DNA of 64,000 nt from Tubiluchus corallicola (taxonomy: Eukaryota > Animalia > Priapulida). The position numbers and the translations under genes are program-made. Location of the stretch: contig JAQGDQ010000048.1 in assembly GCA_030141605.1 (NCBI GenBank), positions 434,001-498,000 on the forward strand, written 5' to 3'. Below the pieces are notes generated by a model, which was not told the DNA's origin, searched no databases, and saw only the letters and a program-made list of their open reading frames with translations. Shown in pieces: positions 40,385 to 55,300 of the stretch; position 1 is the first letter of the stretch; each line of letters opens with the position of its first letter.

Positions 40385-43300
40385 AATTTAGTTGCAAGTG
40401 AGCAAGTGACCAATAAGATGGCAGGACGACGGGCTGGTAGACGTAAAGTGGCTCCTGCTGAACGACATTCCGATTCAGAATGTAGTAGCGCCGTATCTGA
40501 TGATTCACTCAATATGACTAAATTGCCACATAAACGAAGACGAAAATACAACAGAGTAGGAAACTCTGGTCAGCGTGCTATGTCCAATAGCTCTGATGCT
40601 TATGATTCATCTGAGAATGATAGTCGTTACTCAGAGGATAGTTTGTCCAACTCTGAAAGTGATAATGATGAAGAAAGGTACACAGAAGTTTCAAACATTG
40701 GTGTTAATGATGTTTCGAAGTTGCATGTATGTGATTCGAAGATGTTGGAATATGATGCTATACAAAATCCTGTGAATAACAGCAGACATGCTACTCTTAA
40801 AATGTCTAAAAATGAAGAAAAGCCATTCTTTCTTTTTTTGAATGCAAATTCTGATAATTCACCAGCAAAAGCTTTGTTATCACCTTTGGCAATAGAAAAA
40901 TTTCCTGAGTCATTTATTGTTAAAGATGTCTTCGTTAAATCACGTGAGGATGCTGAATCTACTAATACATGTGGCAAAGCAGTAGTTGAACACAGCATTC
41001 ATGGTACTGCTACTGGTAGCCAACTGGGCACCATTAGTGAAGAAACTGAGAGCAAGGAGTCGGAAGTAATAGATGATCCTGGGCATTTGCTCTCACTTAC
41101 ATTGCCGTTTAACCATTTAGAAGAACCTAATGCAAGTGTACTTGAAACAATAGAAGAAGAAGGTTCACCTGTCTCTCCTCCTGACGAAAGTTTGCAGATT
41201 TCGTCAGCTTTGCAACGAATAAGGGCATTTGGTAGTGAGAATTCATTTGCAGAGATGAAATTTTACAACAATAAAATCTTCCAAGGCAGTAACACCGAAT
41301 TCAGTGTAAAAAATGGTGGACACGATGCTACAAACACAAATTTAAATAGAGAACCCATTTACAAAAATCAGGAACATGACATTGACTATCAAAGGCATCT
41401 GCTGGATAATCATTCAGTAGAATATTCTACACAAGACGCAATGCAGCTGTCCATGTCTGTAGATCTCAACAGAACTCCTACCTCAGTTGATGGAGAGCTG
41501 GTGGAACCTGTGTTTGATAAAATACCAGAAGTTGTTGGTTTGGAAACTGACGAAAATCTATTGCTTTCAGGTGACGTTGAAGACCACGAAAACACCGAAT
41601 CTGTAGAACCTACTGTTGACTTGAGCGCTTCTTGTTCTGACATCAGACAGTGTCTCAACAATGTTTTGAGTTCTGTAAAACAGACTTTAGATAAAGAAAC
41701 AAGGGAATGTGATAGCTATGACATGAAAGGCAGTACATCAGAAATAATGACTGGTTTGAATGCAATTCATGCAGGCTGGATGGAATCTATTCATGCTGAA
41801 CTTAGTCCCGCAAAATTGCCTTCTTGTGTGAGTACTAATAATCCTATGGTTGAATCTCACCATTCTGAAGCTGAAGAGTTTAACACTTCTCCAGTACAGC
41901 CTGTTGATAAGAGTATAGAGTTAGGAATTAATTCTGTAATGACTTCTGGTGGTGTCATGACATCTGTGCCTCAAAGTGAGGATCAGTCAGAATGGAAAGT
42001 GATGCAGGATACAACATCATCGAAACTGACAAGCACAACAGCGCTATCTTTATCAGACAGTGGAGCAAACTACTCCTTCACTGCAATACAAAATGATGGT
42101 GTCATGGATCTCTTTTATCCTGAATCAACCTCATTAGATGTTAAAGTAAATGAAGATTATTGTGCTAGTATATTGAATATTGCGGGTTCAAATAAAAAAG
42201 CTGACAATTTTCCATCTTTTACGAGATTTAAACATGATGATATGGTCACTGGTTTAGCAGCTGATTATACCAGCAAAGTGGAAGACCAGTCAAAATCTGC
42301 CTTATCAGCTCATATAATAATGCCTAATTCTTCCGCTGAGATTATAATAGAAAAAGACTCTACTCGACTTATTGAAAATGATATAAGTATATTCAGCCAT
42401 TTTTCCAAAGAAAAGGATAAATTACATGAGACCATTCAAGCAACTAGGACTTTTGATTTACAGCCAGATAATGGTGAATCTTTTATCACCAAAATCCTGT
42501 TATCATCCAAAAAAGATGACAGTATCAATAATGCAGCTGTTGACACTGACAGTCACTCCACTACCTCTTCCTCAGATGATAATAAGGGGGCATTAACATC
42601 ATCTGTACCAAACTTTTCGGACATAAAATATGATGAATCAATAATGGCGTGTCTTAGAAAAGACAGTGATGAGGCTGGTAATGTGTTATCCTTGCCACAA
42701 GACATTCTGTCTGGTGTGTCAGTTGATGGAACTATCGTCACCCAAATTGGTTCTTCCAAAGAAGTTGGGGATAGCCACCGTTTGAGTGCCTCCACTATTG
42801 ATGTTGATACAGATTTATCGCAGTCCACAATTCTCTCACAATATGACGGCAGTTTACCTACAGAAAATGGTGCTGCTGCTGACGCATCAGGTAAAATGGT
42901 TAAAGCAGTAGATGTAGAAGAAACTGCCAATGCAGCCAAGCTAATGGACTATGAGGAGATTGTAACACAGAGAGCTGCCATGTCAGATCGTGCTGTAAAA
43001 AGTCCTCAGCTATCTGTAAGTGAAGAAATTGGCAAGGTGGCTGAAGCAGAAATGGCTGCTCACTCAAAAGCCTTTGACACTGACAATCACTCCGTTACAG
43101 CTGCTGTAAGTGATGACATTGAAGCATCAACAGCATCTGTGTCAAACTTTCTGGGCATAGAAAATGATGACTCAATGACAGCTTGGCTTACAAAAGACGG
43201 CAATGAGGCTGGTAATGTGTTATCGTTGCCACAAGCCATTCTGTCTGGTATGTCAGTTGATGGAACTATCATCACCCAAATTGGTTCTTCCAAAGAAGTT

Positions 43301-46300
43301 GCTGATAGCCACAGTTTGAGTGCCTCCACTAGTCATGTTGATACAGATTTATCACAGACCACAATTCTGCCACAACATGACTGTAGTTTACCTACACCTT
43401 TACATGCAGAAAATGGCACTGCTGCTAATGCAACAGGTAAAATGGTTAAATCGGTAGATGTTGAGGAAACTGCCAATGCAGTCAAACTAACGGACTATGA
43501 CAAGAGTGTAACACAGAGAGCTGCCATGTCAAATCTTGCTGTAAAAAGTTCTCAGCTATCTGTATATGAAGAAACTGGCAAGGTGGCTGAAATGGCTGCA
43601 CACTCTGAAGCTTTTAGCAGTGACAGTCACTCCACTACCTCTTCCTCAGATGATATTAGGGGGGCATTAACAGCATCTGTACCAAACGTTTCGGGCATAG
43701 ACTATGATGAATCAATGATGCCATGTTTTAGAAAAGACAGCGATGAGGCTGGTAATGTGTTATCCTTGCCACAAGCCATTCTGTCTCGTGTGTCAGTTGA
43801 TGGAAATATCGTCACCCAAATTGGTTCTTCCAAAGAAGTTGGAGATAGCCACAGTTTGAGTGCCTCCACTAACGATGTTGATATAGGTTTATCACAGTTC
43901 ACAATTCTCCCACAATATGATGACAGTTTACCTACACCATTTCATGCAGAAAATGGTGCTGCTGCTGACGCATCAGGTAAAATGGTTAAAGCAGTAGATG
44001 TAGAGGAAACTGCCAATGCAGCCAAGCTAATGGACTATGACGAGAGTGTAACACAGAGAGCTGCCATGTCAGATCGTGCTGTAAAAAGTCCTCAGCTATC
44101 TGTAGGTGAAGAAATTGGCAAGGTGGCTAAGGCAGAAATGGCTGCTCACTCAAAAGCCTTTAGCAGTGACAGTCACTCCATTACAGCTGCGTCAGTGATG
44201 ACATTGAAGCATCAACAGCATCTGTGTCAAACTTTCTGGGCATAGAAAATGATGAATCAATGACAGCTTGTCTTACAAAAGACGGCAATGAGGCTGGTAA
44301 TGTGTTATCGTTGCCACAAGCCATTCTGTCTGGTGTGTCAGTTGATGGAACTATCATCACCCAAATTGGTTCTTCCAAAGAAGTTGCTGATAGCCACAGT
44401 TTGAGTGCCTCCACTAGTCATGTTGATACAGATTTATCACAGACCACAATTCTGCCACAACATGACTGTAGTTTACCTACACCTTTACATGCAGAAAATG
44501 GCACTGCTGCTAATGCAACAGGTAAAATGGTTAAATCGGTAGATGTTGAGGAAACTGCCAATGCAGTCAAACTAACGGACTATGACAAGAGTGTAACACA
44601 GAGAGCTGCCATGTCAAATCTTGCTGTAAAAAGTTCTCAGCTATCTGTATATGAAGAAACTGGCAAGGTGGCTGAAATGGCTGCACACTCTGAAGCTTTT
44701 AGCAGTGACAGTCACTCCACTACCTCTTCCTCAGATGATATTAGGGGGGCATTAACAGCATCTGTACCAAACGTTTCGGGCATAGAATATGATGAATCAA
44801 TGATGCCATGTTTTAGAAAAGACAGCGATGAGGCTGGTAATGTGTTATCCTTGCCACAAGCCATTCTGTCTCGTGTGTCAGTTGATGGAAATATCGTCAC
44901 CCAAATTGGTTCTTCCAAAGAAGTTGGAGATAGCCACAGTTTGAGTGCCTCCACTAACGATGTTGATATAGGTTTATCACAGTTCACAATTCTCCCACAA
45001 TATGATGACAGTTTATCTACACCATTTCATGCAGAAAATGGTGCTGCTGCTGACGCATCAGGTAAAATGGTTAAAGCAGTAGATGTAGAGGAAACTGCCA
45101 ATGCAGCCAAGCTAATGGACTATGACGAGAGTGTAACACAGAGAGCTGCCATTTCAGGTCGTGCTGTAAAAAGTCCTCAGCTATCTGTAGGTGAAGAAAT
45201 TGGCAAGGTGGCTAAGGCAGAAATGGCTGCTCACTCAGAAGCCTTTAGCAGTTACAGTCACTCCATTATAGCTGCTGCAAGTGATGACACTGAAGCATCA
45301 ACAGCATCTGTGTCAAACTTTCTGGGCATAGAAAATGATGAATCAATGGCAGCTTGTCTTACAAAAGATGGCGATGAGGCTGGTAATGTGTTATCCTTGC
45401 CACAAGACATTCTGTCTGGTGTGTCAGTTGATGGAACTATCATCACCCACATTGGTTCTGCCCAAGATGTTGGGGATAGCCACACTTTGAGTGGGTCCCT
45501 CAGTGGTGTTGACACAGGTATATCACAGTCCACAATTCTCCCACAATATGCTGACAGATTACCTACACCACTCCATGCAGAAAATGGCGCTGCTGCTGAC
45601 GCAACAGGTAAAATGGTTAAAATGGTAGATGTAGAGGAACCTGCCAATGCACCCAAGCTAATGGACTATGACGACAGTGTAATACAGAGAGCTGCCATGT
45701 CAGATCATGCTGTAAAAAGTTCTCAGCTATCTGTAGATGAAGAAATTGGCAAGGTGGCTGAAGCTGAAATGGCTGTTCACTCAAAAGCCTTTGACTCTGA
45801 CAATCTCTCCATTACAGCTGCTGCAAGTGATGACATTGAAGCATCAACAGCATCTGTGTCAAACTTTCTGGGCATAGAAAATGGTGAATCAATGACAGCT
45901 TGTCTTACAAAAGACGGCGATGAGGCTGGTAATGTGATATCCTTGCCACAAACCATTCTGACTGGTGTGTCAGTTGATGGAACTATCGTCACCCAAATTG
46001 GTTCTTCCGAAGAAGGTGGTGATAGCCACGGTTTGAGTGTCTCCACTAGTGATGTTGATACAGATTTATCACAGACCACAATTCTCCCACAATATAATGA
46101 CAGTTTACCTGTGCCATTGCATGCAGGAAATGGCGCTGCTGTTGACACAGCCAGTAAAATGGTTAAATCTGGTGATGTAGGAGAAACCGCCAATGCAGCC
46201 AAGGTAATGGATTATGACGAGAGTATATCACAGGGCGCTGCCGTATCACACCTTGCTGCAAAAAATTCTCGGCTATCAGTAGATGAAGAAACTGGCAAGG

Positions 46301-49300
46301 TGGCTGAAGCTGAAATGACTGTGCACTCAAAAGCCTTTGACACTGACAGTCTCTCCATTACATCTGCTGCAGATGATGACATTGGGGCATTAACAGCATC
46401 TGTGTCAAACTTTTCGGGCATAGAATATGATGAATCAATGATGGCATGTCTTAGAAAAGACAGCGATGAGGCTGGTAATGTGTTATCCTTACCACAAGGG
46501 ATTCTGTCTGGTGTGTCAGTTGATGGAACTATCATCACCCAAATTGGCTTTTCCGAAGAAGTTGGGGATAGAAACAGTTTGAGTGTGTCCACTAGTAATA
46601 TTGATAAAGATTTATCACAGACCACAATTCTGTCACGATATGAAGGCAGTTTACCTACAGAAAATGGTGCTGCTGCTGACGCATCAGGTAAAATGGTTAA
46701 AGCAGTAGATGAAGAAGAAACTGCCAATGCAGCCACGCTAATGGACTATGACGAGAGTGTAACACAGAGAGCTGCCATGTCAGATCGTGCTGTAAAAAGT
46801 CCTCAGCTATCTGTAGGTGAAGAAATTGGCAGGGTGGCTAAGGCTGAAATGGCTGCACACTCAAAAGCCTTTAGCAGTGACAGTCACTCCACTACCTCTT
46901 CCTCAGATGATAATAAGGGGGCATTAACATCATCTGTACCAAACTTTTCGGACATAAAATATGATGAATCAATAATGGCGTGCCTTAGAAAAGACAGTGA
47001 TGAGGCTGGTAATGTGTTATCCTTGCCACAAGCCATTCTGTCTCGTGTGTCAGTTGATGGAACTATCGTCACCCAAATTGGTTCTTCCAAAGAAGTTGGG
47101 GATAGCCACCGTTTGAGTGCCTCCACTATTGATGTTGATACAGATTTATCGCAGTCCACAATTCTCTCACAATATGACGGCAGTTTACCTACAGAAAATG
47201 GTGCTGCTGCTGACGCATCAGGTAAAATGGTTAAAGCAGTAGATGTAGAAGAAACTGCCAATGCAGCCAAGCTAATGGACTATGATGAGATTGTAACACA
47301 GAGAGCTGCCATGTCAGATCGTGCTGTAAAAAGTCCTCAGCTATCTGTAAGTGAAGAAATTGGCAAGGTGGCTGAAGCAGAAATGGCTGCTCACTCAAAA
47401 GCCTTTGACACTGACAATCACTCCGTTACAGCTGCTGTAAGTGATGACATTGAAACATCAACAGCATCTGTGTCAAACTTTCTGGGCATAGAAAATGATG
47501 ACTCAATGACAGCATGGCTTACAAAAGACGGCAATGAGGCTGGTAATGTGTTATCGTTGCCACAAGCCATTCTGTCTGGTATGTCAGTTGATGGAACTAT
47601 CATCACCCAAATTGGTTCTTCCAAAGAAGTTGCTGATAGCCACAGTTTGAGTGCCTCCACTAGTCATGTTGATACAGATTTATCACAGACCACAATTCTG
47701 CCACAACATGACTGTAGTTTACCTACACCTTTACATGCAGAAAATGGCACTGCTGCTAATGCAACAGGTAAAATGGTTAAATCGGTAGATGTTGAGGAAA
47801 CTGCCAATGCAGTCAAACTAACGGACTATGACAAGAGTGTAACACAGAGAGCTGCCATGTCAAATCTTGCTGTAAAAAGTTCTCAGCTATCTGTATATGA
47901 AGAAACTGGCAAGGTGGCTGAAATGGCTGCACACTCTGAAGCTTTTAGCAGTGACAGTCACTCCACTACCTCTTCCTCAGATGATATTAGGGGGGCATTA
48001 ACAGCATCTGTACCAAACGTTTCGGGCATAGACTATGATGAATCAATGATGCCATGTTTTAGAAAAGACAGCGATGAGGCTGGTAATGTGTTATCCTTGC
48101 CACAAGCCATTCTGTCTCGTGTGTCAGTTGATGGAAATATCGTCACCCAAATTGGTTCTTCCAAAGAAGTTGGAGATAGCCACAGTTTGAGTGCCTCCAC
48201 TAACGATGTTGATATAGGTTTATCACAGTTCACAATTCTCCCACAATATGATGACAGTTTACCTACACCATTTCATGCAGAAAATGGTGCTGCTGCTGAC
48301 GCATCAGGTAAAATGGTTAAAGCAGTAGATGTAGAGGAAACTGCCAATGCAGCCAAGCTAATGGACTATGACGACAGTGTAACACAGAGAGCTGCCATTT
48401 CAGGTCGTGCTGTAAAAAGTCCTCAGCTATCTGTAGGTGAAGAAATTGGCAAGGTGGCTAAGGCAGAAATGGCTGCTCACTCAGAAGCCTTTAGCAGTTA
48501 CAGTCACTCCATTATAGCTGCTGCAAGTGATGACACTGAAGCATCAACAGCATCTGTGTCAAACTTTCTGGGCATAGAAAATGATGAATCAATGGCAGCT
48601 TGTCTTACAAAAGATGGCGATGAGGCTGGTAATGTGTTATCCTTGCCACAAGACATTCTGTCTGGTGTGTCAGTTGATGGAACTATCATCACCCACATTG
48701 GTTCTGCCCAAGATGTTGGGGATAGCCACACTTTGAGTGGGTCCCTCAGTGGTGTTGACACAGGTATATCACAGTCCACAATTCTCCCACAATATGCTGA
48801 CAGATTACCTACACCACTCCATGCAGAAAATGGCGCTGCTGCTGACGCAACAGGTAAAATGGTTAAAATGGTAGATGATGAGGAACCTGCCAATGCACCC
48901 AAGCTAATGGACTATGACGACAGTGTAATACAGAGAGCTGCCATGTCAGATCATGCTGTAAAAAGTTCTCAGCTATCTGTAGATGAAGAAATTGGCAAGG
49001 TGGCTGAAGCTGAAATGGCTGTTCACTCAAAAGCCTTTGACTCTGACAATCTCTCCATTACAGCTGCTGCAAGTGATGACATTGAAGCATCAACAGCATC
49101 TGTGTCAAACTTTCTGGGCATAGAAAATGGTGAATCAATGACAGCTTGTCTTACAAAAGACGGCGATGAGGCTGGTAATGTGATATCCTTGCCACAAACC
49201 ATTCTGACTGGTGTGTCAGTTGATGGAACTATCGTCACCCAAATTGGTTCTTCCGAAGAAGGTGGTGATAGCCACGGTTTGAGTGTCTCCACTAGTGATG

Positions 49301-52300
49301 TTGATACAGATTTATCACAGACCACAATTCTCCCACAATATAATGACAGTTTACCTGTGCCATTGCATGCAGGAAATGGCGCTGCTGTTGACACAGCCAG
49401 TAAAATGGTTAAATCTGGTGATGTAGGAGAAACCGCCAATGCAGCCAAGGTAATGGATTATGACGAGAGTATATCACAGGGCGCTGCCGTATCACACCTT
49501 GCTGCAAAAAATTCTCGGCTATCAGTAGATGAAGAAACTGGCAAGGTGGCTGAAGCTGAAATGACTGTGCACTCAAAAGCCTTTGACACTGACAGTCTCT
49601 CCATTACATCTGCTGCAGATGATGACATTGGGGCATTAACAGCATCTGTGTCAAACTTTTCGGGCATAGAATATGATGAATCAATGATGGCATGTCTTAG
49701 AAAAGACAGCGATGAGGCTGGTAATGTGTTATCCTTACCACAAGGGATTCTGTCTGGTGTGTCAGTTGATGGAACTATCATCACCCAAATTGGCTTTTCC
49801 GAAGAAGTTGGGGATAGAAACAGTTTGAGTGTGTCCACTAGTAATATTGATAAAGATTTATCACAGACCACAATTCTGTCACGATATGAAGGCAGTTTAC
49901 CTACAGAAAATGGTGCTGCTGCTGACGCATCAGGTAAAATGGTTAAAGCAGTAGATGAAGAAGAAACTGCCAATGCAGCCACGCTAATGGACTATGACGA
50001 GAGTGTAACACAGAGAGCTGCCATGTCAGATCGTGCTGTAAAAAGTCCTCAGCTATCTGTAGGTGAAGAAATTGGCAGGGTGGCTAAGGCTGAAATGGCT
50101 GCACACTCAAAAGCCTTTAGCAGTGACAGTCACTCCACTACCTCTTCCTCAGATGATAATAAGGGGGCATTAACATCATCTGTACCAAACTTTTCGGACA
50201 TAAAATATGATGAATCAATAATGGCGTGTCTTAGAAAAGACAGTGATGAGGCTGGTAATGTGTTATCCTTGCCACAAGCCATTCTGTCTCGTGTGTCAGT
50301 TGATGGAACTATCGTCACCCAAGTTGGTTCTTCCAAAGAAGTTGGTGATAGCCACATTTTGAGTGTCTCCACTAGTGATGTTGATACAGACTTGTCACAG
50401 ACCACAGTTCTCCCACAATATGATGACAGTTTACCTGTGCCATTTCATGCAGAAAATGGAGCTGCTGTTGAAGCAACAGTAAATGTTAAAATGGTAGATG
50501 TAGAGCTGCCAATGCAGCCAAGCTAATGGACTATGACGAGAGTGTAACACAGAGAGCTGCCATGTCAGATCGTGCTGTAAAAAGTCCTCAGCTATCTGTA
50601 GGTGAAGAAATTGGCAGGGTGGCTAAGGCTGAAATGGCTGCACACTCAGAAGCCTTTAGCAGTGACAGTCACTCCACTACCGCTTCCTCAGATGATAATA
50701 AGGGGGCATTAACAGCATCTGTACCAAACTTTTCAGGCATAGAATATGATGAATCAATGATGCCATGTTGTAGAAAAGACAGTGATGAGGCTGGTAATGT
50801 GTTATCCTTGCCACAAGCCATTCTGTCTGATGTGTCTGTTGATGAAACTATCATCACCCAAATTTGTTCTTCTAAAGAAGTTGGGGATAGCCACAGTTTG
50901 AGTGCCTCCACTAACGATGTTGATATAGGTTTATCACAGACCACAATTCTCCCACAATATGATGACAGTTTACCTACACCATTACATGCAGAAAATGGCG
51001 CTGCTGTTGACACAGCCAGTAAAATGGTTAAATCTGGTGATGTAGTAGAAACCGCTAATGCAGCCAAGCTAATGGATTATGATGACAGTGTAACACAGAG
51101 AGCTTCCATTTCAGGTCGTGCTGTAAAAAGTCCTCAGCTATCTGTAGGTGAAGAAATTGGCAAGGTGGCTAAGGCTGAAATGGCTGCACACTCAGAAGCC
51201 TTTAGCAGTGACAGTCACTCCATTATAGCTGCTGCAAGTGATGACACTGAAGCATCAACAGCATCTGTGTCAAACTTTCTGGGCATAGAAAATGATGAAT
51301 CAATGACAGCTTGTCTTACAAAAGATGGCGATGAGGCTGGTAATGTGTTATCCTTGCCACAAGACATTTTGTCTGGTGTGTCAGTTGATGGAACTATCGT
51401 CACCCAAATTGGTTCTTCCGAAGAAGTTGGTGATAGCCACGGCTTGAGTGTCTCCACTAGTGATGTTGATATAGATTTATCACAGACCACAATTCTCCCA
51501 CAATATGATGCCAGTTTACCTACACCATTTCATGCAGAAAATGGACCTGCTGTTGAAGCAACATATAAAATGGTAGATGTAGAGAAAACTGCCAATGCAG
51601 TCAAGCTAATGGACTATGACGAGAGTGTAACACAGAGAGCTGCCATTTCAGGTCGTGCTGTAAAAAGTCCTCAGCTATCTGTAGGTGAACAAATTGGCAA
51701 GGTGGCTAAGGCTGAAATGGCTGCACACTCAGAAGCCTTTAGCAGTTACAATCTCTCCATTACAGCTGCTGCAAGTGATGACATTGAAGCATCAACAGCA
51801 TCTGTGTCAAATTTTCTGGGCATAGAAAATGGTGAATCAATGACAGCTTGTCTTACAAAAGACGGCGATGAGGCTGGTAATGTGATATCCTTGCCACAAG
51901 CCATTCTGTCTCGTGTGTCAGTTGATGGAACTATCGTCACCCAAATTGGTTCTTCCGAAGAAGTTGGTGATAGCCACGGTTTGAGTTTCTCCACTAGTGA
52001 TGTTGATACAGATTTATCACGGACCACAATTCTCCCACAATATGATGACAGTTTACCTACACCATTCCATGCAGAAAATGGCGCTGCTGCTGATGCAACA
52101 GGTAAAGTCGTTAAAATGGTAGATGTAGAGGAGCCTGCCAATGCAGCCAAGCTATTGGACTATGACGACAGTGTAATACAGAGAGCTGCCATGTCAGATC
52201 AAGCTGTAAAAAGTTCTCAGCTATCTGTAGATGAAGAAACTGGCAAGGTGGCTGAAATGGCTGCACACTCAGAAGCCTTTAGCAGTGACAGTCACTCCAC

Positions 52301-55300
52301 TACCGCTTCCTCAGATGATAATAAGGGGGCATTAACAGCATCTGTACCAAACTTTTCAGGCATAGAATATGATGAATCAATGATGCCATGTTGTAGAAAA
52401 GACAGTGATGAGGCTGGTAATGTGTTATCCTTGCCACAAGCCATTCTGTCTGATGTGTCTGTTGATGAAACTATCATCACCCAAATTTGTTCTTCCGAAG
52501 AAGTTGGTGATAGCCACGGTTTGAGTGTCTCCACTAGTGATGTTGATACAGATTTATCACAGACCACAATTCTCCCACAATATGATGACAGTTTATCTAC
52601 ACCATTACATGCAGAAAATGGTGCTGCTGCTGACACAGCCAGTAAAATGGTTAAATCTGGTGATGTAGAAGAAACCGCTAATGCAGCCAAGCTAATGGAT
52701 TATGATGACAGTGTAACACAGAGAGCTTCCATTTCAGGTCGTGCTGTAAAAAGTCCTCAGCTATCTGTAGGTGAAGAAATTGGCAAGGTGGCTAAGGCTG
52801 AAATGGCTGCACACTCAGAAGCCTTTAGCAGTGACAGTCACTCCATTACCTCCTGCTCAGATGACACTAGAAGCATCAACAGCATCTGTGTCAAACTTTC
52901 TGGGCATAGAAAATGATGAATCAATGACAGCTTGTCTTACAATAGACGGCGATGAGGCTGGTAATGTGATATCCTTGCCACAAGCCATTCTGTCTCGTGT
53001 GTCAGTTGATGGAACTATCGTCACCCAAATTGGTTCTTCCGAAGAAGTTGGTGATAGCCACGGTTTGAGTGTCTCCACTAGTGATGTTGATACAGATTTA
53101 TCACAGACCACAATTCTCCCACAATATGATGACAGTTTATCTACACCATTACATGCAGAAAATGGTGCTGCTGCTGACACAGCCAGTAAAATGGTTAAAT
53201 CTGGTGATGTAGAAGAAACCGCTAATGCAGCCAAGCTAATGGATTATGATGACAGTGTAACACAGAGAGCTGCCATTTCAGGTCGTGCTGTAAAAGGTCC
53301 TCAGCTATCTGTAGGCGAAGAAATTGGCAAGGTGGCTAAGGCTGAAATGGCTGCACACTCAGAAGCCTTTAGCATTGACAGTCACTCCATTATAGCTGCT
53401 GCAAGTGATGACACTGAAGCATCAACAGCATCTGTGTCAAACTTTCTGGGCGTAGAAAATGATGAATCAATGACAGCTTGTCTTACAATAGACGGCGATG
53501 AGGCTGGTAATGTGATATCCTTGCCACAAGCCATTCTGTCTCGTGTGTCAGTTGATGGAACTATCGTCACCCAAATTGGTTCTTCCGAAGAAGTTGGTGA
53601 TAGCCACGGTTTGAGTGTCTCCACTAGTGATGTTGATACAGATTTATCACAGACCACAATTCTCCCACAATATGATGACAGTTTATCTACACCATTACAT
53701 GCAGAAAATGGTGCTGCTGCTGACACAGCCAGTAAAATGGTTAAATCTGGTGATGTAGAAGAAACCGCTAATGCAGCCAAGCTAATGGATTATGATGACA
53801 GTGTAACACAGAGAGCTGCCATTTCAGGTCGTGCTGTAAAAGGTCCTCAGCTATCTGTAGGCGAAGAAATTGGCAAGGTGGCTAAGGCTGAAATGGCTGC
53901 ACACTCAGAAGCCTTTAGCATTGACAGTCACTCCATTATAGCTGCTGCAAGTGATGACACTGAAGCATCAACAGCATCTGTGTCAAACTTTCTGGGCGTA
54001 GAAAATGATGAATCAATGACAGCTTGTCTTACAATAGATGGCGATGAGGCTGGTAATGTGTTATCCTTGCCACAAGACATTCTGTCTGGTGTGTCAGTTG
54101 ATGGAACTATCGTCACCCAAATTGGTTCTTCCGAAGAAGTTGTTGATAGCCACGGTTTGAGTGTCTCCACTAGTGATGTTGATACAGATTTATCACAGAC
54201 CACAATTCTCCCACAATATGATGACAGTTTGCCTGTGCCATTGCATGCAGGAAATGGCGCTGCTGTTGACACAGCCAGTAAAATGGTTAAATCTGGTGAT
54301 GTAGGAGAAACTGCCAATGCAGCCAAGCTAATGGATTATGACGAGAGTATATCACAGGGCGCTGCCGTATCACACCTTGCTGCAAAAAGTTCTCGGCTAT
54401 CAGTAGATGAAGAAGCTGGCAAGGTGGCTGAAATGGCTGCACACTCAGAAGCCTTTAGCAGTGACAGTCACTCCACTACCTCTTCCTCAGATGATAATAA
54501 GGGGGCATCAACAGCATCTGTGTCAAACTTTTCAGGCATAGAATATGATGAATCAATGATGCCATGTTTTAGAAAAGACAGTGATGAGCCTGGTAATGTG
54601 TTATCCTGGCCACAAGCCATTCTGTCTGTTGTGTCTGTTGATGAAACTATCATCACCCAGATTTGTTCTTCCGAAGAAGTTGGTGATAGCCACGGTTTGA
54701 GTGTCTCCACTAGTGATGTTGATACAGATTTATCACAGACCAGAATTCTCCCACAATATGATGACAGTTTACCTACACCATTACATGCAGAAAATGGCGC
54801 TGCTGCTGACACAGCCAGTAAAATGGTTAAATCTGGTGATGTAGAAGAAACCGCTAATGCAGCCAAGCTAATGGATTATGATGACAGTGTAACACAGAGA
54901 GCTGCCATTTCAGGTCGTGCTGTAAAAAGTTCTCGGCTATCTGTAGGTGAAGAAATTGGCAAGATGGCTAAGGCTGAAATGGCTGCACACTCAGAAGCCT
55001 TTAGCAGTGACAGTCACTCCATTATAGCTGCTGCAAGTGATGACACTGAAGCATCAACAGCATCTGTGTCAAACTTTCTGGGCATAGAAAATGATGAATC
55101 AATGACAGCTTGTCATACAAAAGACGGCGATGAGGCTGGTAATGTGATATCCTTGCCACAAGCCATTCTGTCTCGTGTGTCAGTTGATGGAACTATCGTC
55201 ACGCAAATTGGTTCTTCCGAAGAAGTTGGTGATAGCCACGGTTTGAGTGTCTCCACTAGTGATGTTGATACAGATTTATCACAGACCACAATTCTCCCAC

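Noticed and set aside
36375-41661. Short minus-strand and alternate-frame ORFs within the two large exons
   Set aside because: Shadows of the long + strand frame with no independent evidence.
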